In this document: one piece after another, positions 45,246 through 52,950 of the stretch
How the letters are laid out: each line of letters opens with the position of its first letter
Position numbering within the stretch: position 1 is the stretch's first letter
DNA from: Candidatus Dormiibacterota bacterium
GTDB lineage: Bacteria > Chloroflexota > Dormibacteria > CF-121
DNA: 64,000 nt
Direction: 5' to 3'
NCBI GenBank assembly: GCA_035544955.1
Contig: DASZZN010000034.1
Location: 71,700 to 135,699 of the forward strand
Made by a program: the position numbers and the translations under genes
The notes under the pieces: model-generated
Databases searched by the model: none
Seen by the model: only the letters and a program-made list of their open reading frames with translations
What the model was told of the DNA's origin: nothing

Positions 45246-46676
45246 TTAGCGCGTCGTCAAGAAACGCGTGATGGCTTCTGCCACGGCATCGGGCCGGTCG
45301 AGTGGGAGGAAGTGGCCACCAGGGTCGATGATTTCAACCGTGCTCTCCCGCAGCTTGTGCTTGAGGGTCTCGGCCCAGGCCGGCTCGAGGAACTTATCGT
45401 TCGCACCCCAGAGGATCAATGTCGGCGTTTCGATTTCGTCGATGTGCTTCGAGCGGCTGGTGAGGTCGCGATTGTTCAGCGCGCGGGCCGCGCGCAGATA
45501 GGCACGGCGGCCGCCGAGATCCTGGAAGGGCCGCGTCCATTCGTCGACGAGTTCATCGGTGACCCGGCCTGGCGTGACCATCCCGGCTTCCAGGCCTTTG
45601 CGCAGTCCATTGCGAAGGTCGATGTTGACCATGATCTGATCCCACGCCGGTTCCTTCAGCCGCGCGATGTCAGCGACCGGCCAGTTGTTGTCGACGACGC
45701 TGTCGATCAAGATCAGGCGGGCGACCCGTTGCGGTTCGTCGACGGCAATGAGTTGGGCCACACCGCCACCGATGTCGTGGCCGGCGACCGCGGCCTGGTG
45801 CACGCCGAGCGTTTCCATGAAGGCCACCACGTAGCGCGCTTGCGCCGCGATCGAAAGATCGACATCCAGGCGTTTGTCTGAGTCGCCGTAGCCGAGGAGG
45901 TCGGGCGCCAGCACCTCGAAGGTTGAGGATAGCGGCTCGATGACATCGCGCCAGAGATACGAGGAGCTGGGAATCCCGTGCAGCAAGACGAGTGGTGGAC
46001 CGTGCCCACTCCGCAGGTACGCGATGTCGCCGGCAAAAGTCCGGATCTTCCGTTTGCTCTGGGCGAGTGGCGCCATCCTGATGGGCTCGGTGGTCATCGA
46101 CGGCGACACCGTCGGTGTCGGCGGCGTCCGCTCCAGTGGGGACGGCGGAGCGGCAAAGTGCGCGGGTTCAGCAGTTGGGGGCGCCATCTCCGGTGGCGGC
46201 GCCTGGAAAGGAGGCTGCGGCGCGGGTTGCGCCGTTCGCCGTTGCAGGATGACGTTGGTCGAGCTGGCGCGCGCGATCAGCTGATTCTGCGGATCCAGGA
46301 TCTCCGCCTCCGCCACGGCGATCCGCTGCCCGCGATGCACGACCCGGCCAATCGACCGAAGCATGCCGGACTCAGCGGTGACGGCCTTGATGAAATTGAC
46401 GTGCAGCTCGGCCGTCGTGAAGTTCTCCCCGGGCAGGAGCGTGCTGAAGACGGCGAACCCCATCGCGCTGTCCGCGAGCGAGGTGAGCGCGCCGCCATGA
46501 ACGATGTTGTTCGGATTGTAGAGCTCGCTGGCTGCCGGCATCTCGAAGGTCGCGCTGCCTTCGGACAGAGCGGTAAAACGCATGCCGAGCAGGCGGACGT
46601 AGGGTGGAGCAGGCGCACCGCCACGCAATGCGGCTTCGAGCAGTTCGCGACCGGACATGTCTGCCGGCTCGGACAT
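45246..46676 (-). CDS. fusion protein: PaaI/hotdog thioesterase domain plus alpha/beta-hydrolase domain
   Basis: Start set at ATG 46676. The N-terminal ~145 aa, 'NIVHGGALTSLADSAMGFA...AEAEI', are hotdog (PaaI). A Pro-rich linker follows. The C-terminal 'PLVLLHGIPSSSYLWR', 'VAGHDIGG' and 'HF' are alpha/beta hydrolase (haloalkane-dehalogenase-like). Confidence 0.8.
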   Translation of the reverse strand: MSEPADMSGRELLEAALRGGAPAPPYVRLLGMRFTALSEGSATFEMPAASELYNPNNIVHGGALTSLADSAMGFAVFSTLLPGENFTTAELHVNFIKAVTAESGMLRSIGRVVHRGQRIAVAEAEILDPQNQLIARASSTNVILQRRTAQPAPQPPFQAPPPEMAPPTAEPAHFAAPPSPLERTPPTPTVSPSMTTEPIRMAPLAQSKRKIRTFAGDIAYLRSGHGPPLVLLHGIPSSSYLWRDVIEPLSSTFEVLAPDLLGYGDSDKRLDVDLSIAAQARYVVAFMETLGVHQAAVAGHDIGGGVAQLIAVDEPQRVARLILIDSVVDNNWPVADIARLKEPAWDQIMVNIDLRNGLRKGLEAGMVTPGRVTDELVDEWTRPFQDLGGRRAYLRAARALNNRDLTSRSKHIDEIETPTLILWGANDKFLEPAWAETLKHKLRESTVEIIDPGGHFLPLDRPDAVAEAITRFLTTR

Positions 46677-46821
46677 GGCCGCATTGTAAGACGCATTTGG
46701 ACGCAGCGGCCAATTCGTTTGGTTACGGTGCCCCCGTGACGGGCGTGTGACGAGCGTGTGATAGCTCGTCGCGCCGATGCAAGCCATCGTTGCTCGCGCA
46801 GTTTGTCCTGTGTAGGCCGCA

Positions 46822-47820
46822 GTGGAGCGGCCAGTAAGGAAGGCGAAAGGGGGACTTCGTCTGAAGTACGCTGCGCCGCGCTTCGCAACACACTCCGCCG
46901 TGCTGCTCATGGCCGCCGCGATGCCCTGGGTGGTCTTCCATGTGCCGGTCGGCGCGTCGCCGGCACTGGCCGGGGGCACGGTCCCAGGCACCGCCTTGGC
47001 GCAAGCGCCCTTCGGCCGCGCGGTCGATGGCATCGGCTGGTCGATGAGTGGCTCGCTGGTCATCCCGGCGCTGCCCGCCACGCCGCCTGGTGAGAAGCAC
47101 CGCGAGATCATTCATTACCAGGCGGTTGACGGCGATACGCTGCGGGCGCTCGCATCGAAGTACAGCCTGTCGGTCAATACGCTGCTCTGGTCGAACCCCA
47201 AGCTCATCGATCACCTCAGTGCGGGCCAGGACGTGGTGATCCCGCCGGTCGACGGGGTGCTCGTCAAGGTCAGTGCGAGTGACACCATCGCGTCGCTGGC
47301 GCAGAAGTATCGTGCCGAGACCGATGCGATCATTCAGTTCAACCTGCTGCGCCATCCGGAGACGTTGCCGGTGGACGACTACCTGATGGTGCCGTACGGG
47401 GTCGGCCCGGAACCAGCATCGGTTCCGCAGCCCAACCCTCAGACTGTCAGCGCCGGAAAACATTCCTGGTACGTCACGCCGGTCTACTCCGCCGGTGGGG
47501 CCAGCTATCCCTTCGGGCAGTGCACCTGGTACGTCAACACCCGTCGGCCCGCACCGTGGGGCGGCAATGCCTGGCAATGGTTTGGACGTGCGCGCGCCTA
47601 TGGACGGCCGGAAGGTCCGACCCCGCGTGTGGGCGCCATCATGGTCACCTGGGAGTCACCCTACTGGGGCCACGTCGCCTACGTCGAGCAGGTCTACGCC
47701 GATGCGAGCTGGCTCGTCTCAGAGATGAACTACGCCAGCCCGAACGGCGGCGGCTGGGGCCGGGTCAGCTACCGGCACGTGATTCCGGGCACGATTCCGC
47801 TCATCGGCTTCATCTACTAG
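46822..47820 (+). CDS. secreted peptidoglycan hydrolase with two LysM repeats and a CHAP domain
   Basis: Signal anchor. LysM 'YQAVDGDTLRALASKYSLSVNTLLWSN' and 'VKVSASDTIASLAQKY'. CHAP 'GQCTWYV......GNAWQW' and 'GHVAYVE'. Confidence 0.8.
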   Translation: MERPVRKAKGGLRLKYAAPRFATHSAVLLMAAAMPWVVFHVPVGASPALAGGTVPGTALAQAPFGRAVDGIGWSMSGSLVIPALPATPPGEKHREIIHYQAVDGDTLRALASKYSLSVNTLLWSNPKLIDHLSAGQDVVIPPVDGVLVKVSASDTIASLAQKYRAETDAIIQFNLLRHPETLPVDDYLMVPYGVGPEPASVPQPNPQTVSAGKHSWYVTPVYSAGGASYPFGQCTWYVNTRRPAPWGGNAWQWFGRARAYGRPEGPTPRVGAIMVTWESPYWGHVAYVEQVYADASWLVSEMNYASPNGGGWGRVSYRHVIPGTIPLIGFIY

Positions 47821-49195
47821 AGCCCAATTCCCCTCCCACTTTGGGGAGGGTGGGGGCATCCTGTTCAATGAGCCGGCCAACCGCCAGCACGCGCGCGTCC
47901 TGATGCAATGGCCCGACGACCTGGACGCCGATGGGAAGGCCGGCGGCCGCGCCAAAGGGAACCGATAGCGCCGGGAGACCGGTCAGGTTGAAGGGCGCCG
48001 TGAGACGCACCAGCGCCCCGTCGACGGGCTCCTCGCCCGACCGCCAGCGCACGCTTCGCTCGCCGACGACCGGCGCGGTGATCGGCGTCGTGGGCAGCAG
48101 CACGACATCGACGGCATCGAAGACGCGCCCCATCGCTGCCCGAATCCGGGCACGCATCCGCTGCGCCAGCACGTAATCGGCGCCGCCGACGAGGGCCCCC
48201 AGTTGCAGGCGCGTCCGGACGTCGGGCCCGTACGCGCGCGGCCGGCTCCGGATCCAGCGGGCGTGGACCGCGCTCGCCTCAGCGCGGAGGGTGACCAACT
48301 GCGTCGCGACGGTCCATTCCATCTCCGGAATCTGCACGTCGCGAACCCGCAGACCCCGCCGGCGCAAGGCCGCTGCCGCCGCGTCGACCTGGCGGGACAC
48401 CGCTGGCTGGACGTTGCGGACGATCGGCCCGCGCAGAACGCCAACCCGTAGACCCCGGGTCCGCACGCGCCGCGACCCCTGCCCGGCGTCCCCGCCCGAC
48501 AGCACGTCGAGCAGCACGCCGGCATCGTCGACCGTGCGGGTCAGTGGACCGGCATGGTCGAGCGACCACCCCAGGGGGAATGTCCCGCCCAACGGGATGG
48601 CCCCGAACGTGGGCTTGAGGCCGACGCAGCCGCAGAGGGAAGCCGGGATGCGGATCGAGCCGCCGGTGTCTGAGCCGAGGGCGCCCGCGCAGAGGCCGGC
48701 CACCACGGCGATCGCCGAACCGCCGCTCGAACCGCCCGGGCTGCGGCGGGGATCGTGGGGATTGCGGGCAACGCCCCACCAGGGATTGGCGGTGGTGACG
48801 CCGTAGGCGAACTCGTGGAGATTGGTTTTCCCAAAGATGATGGCGCCGGCCGCCCGAAGCCGGGTCACGGCGTCGGCATCCCTGGTTGGGACCCAGTCCC
48901 GGAGGATCCGCGAACCGGCGGTGGTTCTCAGGGCCCGCGTCTGGAACAGGTCCTTCACGGCGATCGGCACGCCGAGGAGCGCTCCGGCCTCGCCGTGCAC
49001 CAGTCGCCGCTGAGCCCGCTGCGCCTCCCGCCGGGCTCGCTCGTCGGGGTGGGTGATGTAGGCGCGCAAGCCCGCGGCCGCCTCGATACGGCGGGTAAAC
49101 GCGTCCATCAATTCGACCGGCGACACCTGCCGCCGCCGCAGCCAGCGGGCGATTTGGACAAGCGGTGCTGAGGTCAGCGGTTCAACCGGCGCCAT
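47810..49195 (-). CDS. amidase (amidase-signature family, GatA-like)
   Basis: 'GGSSGGSAIAVVAG' and 'GSDTGGSIRIPA'. 461 aa. Confidence 0.85.
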   Translation of the reverse strand: MAPVEPLTSAPLVQIARWLRRRQVSPVELMDAFTRRIEAAAGLRAYITHPDERARREAQRAQRRLVHGEAGALLGVPIAVKDLFQTRALRTTAGSRILRDWVPTRDADAVTRLRAAGAIIFGKTNLHEFAYGVTTANPWWGVARNPHDPRRSPGGSSGGSAIAVVAGLCAGALGSDTGGSIRIPASLCGCVGLKPTFGAIPLGGTFPLGWSLDHAGPLTRTVDDAGVLLDVLSGGDAGQGSRRVRTRGLRVGVLRGPIVRNVQPAVSRQVDAAAAALRRRGLRVRDVQIPEMEWTVATQLVTLRAEASAVHARWIRSRPRAYGPDVRTRLQLGALVGGADYVLAQRMRARIRAAMGRVFDAVDVVLLPTTPITAPVVGERSVRWRSGEEPVDGALVRLTAPFNLTGLPALSVPFGAAAGLPIGVQVVGPLHQDARVLAVGRLIEQDAPTLPKVGGELGSSR

Positions 49196-49343
49196 CGGCT
49201 TCCTCGGGCGCCACCGACGCCCTCAGTTGTTCGACCAGCGCCAGGTACCGCTTCCACGCCGGCAGCAGTGCCGCCACGTCGGCGTCGCTTAGCCGAAGCC
49301 CCGCGGCCCGCCCGGCGGCTGCCAGCCGGTCCCTCTCCGTCAC
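49182..49343 (-). CDS. GatC/AtzG-like small protein (53 aa) coupled to the amidase (candidate)
   Basis: GTG 49343 (alternatives GTG 49349, TTG 49358) to TGA 49184-49182. Product: VTERDRLAAAGRAAGLRLSDADVAALLPAWKRYLALVEQLRASVAPEEADGAG. The 3' end overlaps the amidase ATG by 14 nt. Below the track cutoff. Confidence 0.4.
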   Translation of the reverse strand: MTERDRLAAAGRAAGLRLSDADVAALLPAWKRYLALVEQLRASVAPEEADGAG

Positions 49344-49479
49344 CGGCACAGTATGCAATCCGTGACGGCGGGCCGGTGATCGGTTCCATCACCACTTGCG
49401 AGTGCGAAATGGTTTGACAAGAGCGATTGGTCCGCCCTATCCTGCGACTGCCGCCAACCGGCTCTTGGGGAGGCGTTGG

Positions 49480-50955
49480 ATGGCGGTGGCGCTGCCGTTC
49501 ATCCAATTTTCATTGCTGAGGAGCCCGAAAACAATGCTGCTTGTGGAAGTCCGCCGCCTCGATATCGCCCCCAACACAGACCAGTTCTGGACCATCGTTT
49601 CCCGCATCAACGGCCCTGAGTTCATGGGCGTTCTCTACCGGGCGCGCGAGGCGATCTTCGACAGCGCCGGGATCAGCTTCACCATCGACCTCCTGAACAA
49701 GTTTCTGCAGTTCGACGTGACCAAGAGCTGGTCGTCGGCCGACGAGGGAGAGCTCTTCATGGGACAGGCGCCGGTGGTCGGCTGGTTGCGTGTCCGCCGT
49801 CCGGGCTCCGCCACCTTGCGCGAGCTGCGCTCGGACGACGTGCATTTCATGGAGCTCGAGCACGCCGCCAAGCCGGCCTTCATCGAAGTCGGCGTCGCTT
49901 ACCGTGCCGGCACCGAGAAGGTCCGCACCGACTTCCTCAAGCGAGTTCGGACGGCAGCCCAGGAAGCCCTCGGCCAGGAAGTGGGCACCCCCTCCTCGTG
50001 GCCGGTCCTCGCTCCCGTCGGCAGCCACAATTTCGACGCGATCCGCAAGTCCCGCCAGTCGATCAACGAGGTCAGTGCCGAAGAGAACGCGGCGATGGCC
50101 GCCTTCACCACACCAGAGATTCGCGCCCTGATTCGGGACCTGGAGCGGGTCGGCTCGCTCACCGTGTCAGACCTACCCAAGGTCCTGGGCGAAGCCCAGG
50201 GAACCGCTGTCGCCGGCCGTCTGGGCGAGCTGCGCAGTCTCGGCCTGATCCAGTCGGAGTACGTGATCGTCTGCTCCCGCACCGGCAATGCCGTGCTGCG
50301 CACCGATGACCCCAACAAGCTGCAGAAAATGGCGCCGGACTGGATGAAGTGCGCCTGCGGCCGTCCGCTCAACGAGGAGCGGGTCGACCAGGTCATCATG
50401 CCGACCGATCGCGCCACCGCACTCAACGACAAGGGCCGCTGGATGACAACGCTGGCGACGGCCATCCTCCCCAAGCTGGGCATCAGCCGTGAGCAGATCA
50501 TCATCGATGCCAGCCCGGTCGGAACGGACATCGTGCTCGATTTGAGCGGCGACCTCGTCCTCGTGGTGCTCAAAGATCGCGAGTTCAACCTGGCGGACGC
50601 CTATGCCTTCAACGCCAAGGTGTCCCGCATCAAGGCTGCCGAGGGATTGATCGTGAGCAACGAAGGTCTCTCCGGCGATGCGAAGAAGCTCGTCCAGGAA
50701 GAGCTCGGTCCGCAGCGTGCGCGGATCACCGACCCCTTCCGGATCTCTTTTGTGGAAGGCGTCCAGGGTCTCGAGCACGAGCTCGGCCGCGTCGTGGAGC
50801 GTCGCCGCCGGCAGTACTTCCTACGGGCGCTTGGCGACCTCGCCACCATCCAGGGACTGAATATTGGTCAGCTGGCGCTGGCCAAGGTCGAAGCCGGCGG
50901 CCGCGCCGGCAAAGAGGGCGTTATTACACCCGAGGCAGTCGCTGCCGAGGCTTAG
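49480..50955 (+). CDS. orphan protein of unknown function: novel N-domain, winged-helix, restriction-endonuclease-like C-terminal domain
   Basis: Long ORF with native codon bias. ATG 49480 has GGGGAGG 6 nt upstream (alternative ATG 49534). See findings for the domain reasoning. Confidence 0.7.
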   Translation: MAVALPFIQFSLLRSPKTMLLVEVRRLDIAPNTDQFWTIVSRINGPEFMGVLYRAREAIFDSAGISFTIDLLNKFLQFDVTKSWSSADEGELFMGQAPVVGWLRVRRPGSATLRELRSDDVHFMELEHAAKPAFIEVGVAYRAGTEKVRTDFLKRVRTAAQEALGQEVGTPSSWPVLAPVGSHNFDAIRKSRQSINEVSAEENAAMAAFTTPEIRALIRDLERVGSLTVSDLPKVLGEAQGTAVAGRLGELRSLGLIQSEYVIVCSRTGNAVLRTDDPNKLQKMAPDWMKCACGRPLNEERVDQVIMPTDRATALNDKGRWMTTLATAILPKLGISREQIIIDASPVGTDIVLDLSGDLVLVVLKDREFNLADAYAFNAKVSRIKAAEGLIVSNEGLSGDAKKLVQEELGPQRARITDPFRISFVEGVQGLEHELGRVVERRRRQYFLRALGDLATIQGLNIGQLALAKVEAGGRAGKEGVITPEAVAAEA

Positions 50956-50972
50956 TTACACAGCGACTTAAG

Positions 50973-51117
50973 CGCGCCGGTGCGCCGTCCAGCGCGGCTC
51001 CGCCGCGCCGCCCTTTCGGGCGTATAGCGCCGGCGCCGTATGCCGCTCGTGCGAGCACACGAGCGCACGTTCTTACGCGCGAGTGCGCCGCGAGCGGCTG
51101 GACGGCACCATGGCGCG
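50973..51117 (+). other. highly structured intergenic element (candidate cis-regulatory leader or small RNA)
   Basis: Long-range helix 50973-51000 / 51092-51117, including a perfect 10-bp core GCCGTCCAGC/GCTGGACGGC (50984-50993 / 51097-51106). It encloses hairpins 51009-51022 (5 bp, UUUC loop), 51044-51065 (8 bp perfect) and 51077-51088. Confidence 0.35.
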
Positions 51118-51182
51118 GTTAGTGCCCGTGCTAACTGAATTCAGGAGAGGAAAAGTGCAACGCGGTCGCGTACTGTATTTGT

Positions 51183-51374
51183 ATGCGTATCGGTAGTCTG
51201 ATTCTCGGCCTGATTGCCATCTTGGCTGGCGGTGTCTGGATTCTGCAGGGTTCGGGCGTGCTGCCCGGCAGTTTCATGACTGGCCAGCGGATGTGGCTCA
51301 TCATCGGCATCATCGTCGCCATCGTCGGATTGGCGCTGGCCTATAACGGGATCCGCAGGCCCGCCAGGCCGTAG
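51183..51374 (+). CDS. small membrane protein (2 TM)
   Basis: MRIGSLILGLIAILAGGVWILQGSGVLPGSFMTGQRMWLIIGIIVAIVGLALAY gives two hydrophobic helices. No SD directly upstream. Confidence 0.55.
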   Translation: MRIGSLILGLIAILAGGVWILQGSGVLPGSFMTGQRMWLIIGIIVAIVGLALAYNGIRRPARP

Positions 51375-51378
51375 TCGC

Positions 51379-52833
51379 TTGGAGCGGCACGGCTCGCTAG
51401 CGGGCGCTGGCGCGCGTCGCCCGCTGTTCGTCGGCCTCATCGCCGGCACGCTGGCGCTCGGGACCGACTACCTGGCGCACGCCTTGTTCGGTGTGCCCCT
51501 GCTTCCGGAGCAAGCCGGCTATATCCTGCTCAAGCTGCTGCCCCTGTCGACCTTCGAGAACTTGCTCAAGACGCTCGGCGTTCTCGCGCGGCCCCTCTTG
51601 CTCGTGGGCGCCACGGTCGTGATCATCGCCGCCTACGGCGCGGCGGCCGCGGTGATCGCGCGGTTCTTTTCGCGCGGCTACGTCCTGATCCTCGCAGGCC
51701 TGGCGGCATTGATCTGCGCGATTGTTGCGATCGTGGCCGTCTCACCGAGCGATTCACCAATCGGCTCGGTGGTCGAAGTGGTGCTGCTGGCCGGAATGGT
51801 CCCCTTGGTCGATCGCGCTCTCCTCGGGCTAACCCCGCCTGGCCCGCTGGACGAAGATCGCCGAGTCTTGCTCCGCAACCTCTTTTATGGTGCGGTCGGC
51901 ATCGCCGTGCTGGGCATCGGCTACGCGAACGTCCGCCGCTTCGCCACGGCGCTGGCGATGAAGGAGGGCAGCCGTGCACCCAGCGAGGTGACCGCCGTGA
52001 GTGATTTCTACGTCGTCTCCAAGAATCTCGCGGGCGACCCGGTGGTCAATGCCTCCAGCTGGCGCCTCGACCTGCCAGGCCGAGCGCTGACCTATGACGA
52101 GTTGCTCGCGCTGCCGTCGCACGAGCTCGAGCTGACGCTGGAGTGCATCAGTAACGAGGTCGGCGGCACGCTGATCAGCAACGGCATCTGGAAGGGGCCC
52201 CGCGTGAGCGACGTGCTGGCGCTTGCCTCGTCACAGGCGAACGCGACCTGGATGCTGACGGAAAGTGCGGATGGCTATACGGAGAGCTTTCAGCTGCGTG
52301 ACCTGACGTCCGATCATCTGCTCGCCACCCATCTCAACGGCGCCCCCTTGACCTCGATGCACGGCTTCCCGGCGCGCTTCATCTTTCCCGGCCGCTACGG
52401 GATGAAGCAGCCCAAGTGGGTGACGCGCATCCGTTTCGCCGCCAGCGACCAACCCGGTTACTGGGAGAACAACGGCTGGGACGAGCGAGCGATCGTCAAG
52501 ACGATGTCTCGCATCGACCGTCCCGCGGATGGTGCGGCCCTGCCGGCAGGGTCGGTCCAGTTCGCCGGTGTCGCCTTTGCCGGCGACCGCCGGGTCAATG
52601 CCGTCGAGCTGAGCTGGGACGGCGGACGCACCTGGCAGCCTTGCGAGCTACAGGCCGAGTTCTCTCCGTATGCCTGGCGCTTCTGGCAACTCAGCACCAG
52701 CATCGCCGCGGGACATTACAACGTAAAAGTGCGGGCCCGCGACGGTGAGGGAACATTACAAACGTCGAAGTCGGCGGGAACGCTGCCCAACGGTGCCGAC
52801 GGCTATCACAACATCACGCTCGATCTCGCCTAG
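51379..52833 (+). CDS. membrane-anchored molybdopterin-dependent oxidoreductase (sulfite-oxidase/MsrP-like fold)
   Basis: N-terminal ~150-aa polytopic region, then 'LECISNEVGG..ISNG.W.G', 'HGFPAR.I.PG.YG.KQPKWV..I' (Moco domain) and a C-terminal Ig-like dimerisation-type domain. Confidence 0.85.
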   Translation: MERHGSLAGAGARRPLFVGLIAGTLALGTDYLAHALFGVPLLPEQAGYILLKLLPLSTFENLLKTLGVLARPLLLVGATVVIIAAYGAAAAVIARFFSRGYVLILAGLAALICAIVAIVAVSPSDSPIGSVVEVVLLAGMVPLVDRALLGLTPPGPLDEDRRVLLRNLFYGAVGIAVLGIGYANVRRFATALAMKEGSRAPSEVTAVSDFYVVSKNLAGDPVVNASSWRLDLPGRALTYDELLALPSHELELTLECISNEVGGTLISNGIWKGPRVSDVLALASSQANATWMLTESADGYTESFQLRDLTSDHLLATHLNGAPLTSMHGFPARFIFPGRYGMKQPKWVTRIRFAASDQPGYWENNGWDERAIVKTMSRIDRPADGAALPAGSVQFAGVAFAGDRRVNAVELSWDGGRTWQPCELQAEFSPYAWRFWQLSTSIAAGHYNVKVRARDGEGTLQTSKSAGTLPNGADGYHNITLDLA

Positions 52834-52950
52834 CGTTCTCAGACGCTTCTCAGGAGGCCTTCAGCTTCCGGCCACTCGCGCCCCTCTACCGTAAGGTCGA
52901 GGTCGCCGGAAACCATGAGGCAACGCGTTGTATCTGGCAGGGAGAGGAAT

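Noticed and set aside
46677-47111. 145-residue N-terminal extension of the hotdog/hydrolase ORF (track start 47111)
   Set aside because: The extension has no coding-like pattern and overlaps the divergent LysM-CHAP gene. ATG 46676 begins exactly at the PaaI domain (MSEPADMSGRELLEAAL..).
49828-49845. R-x4-H (RSDDVH) HEPN-like motif in the orphan protein
   Set aside because: It is a single short motif in a region that does not look all-helical. Chance occurrence is likely, so it was not used for the call.
50979-50990. Possible guanidine-III (ykkC-III) riboswitch because of the string GGUGCGCCGU upstream of a small membrane protein
   Set aside because: Only this decamer matches the T. fusca sequence I remember. 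The partner strand is about 110 nt away instead of about 15 nt, and the conserved ACGA/GGAC context is missing. It is reported only as an unclassified structured element.
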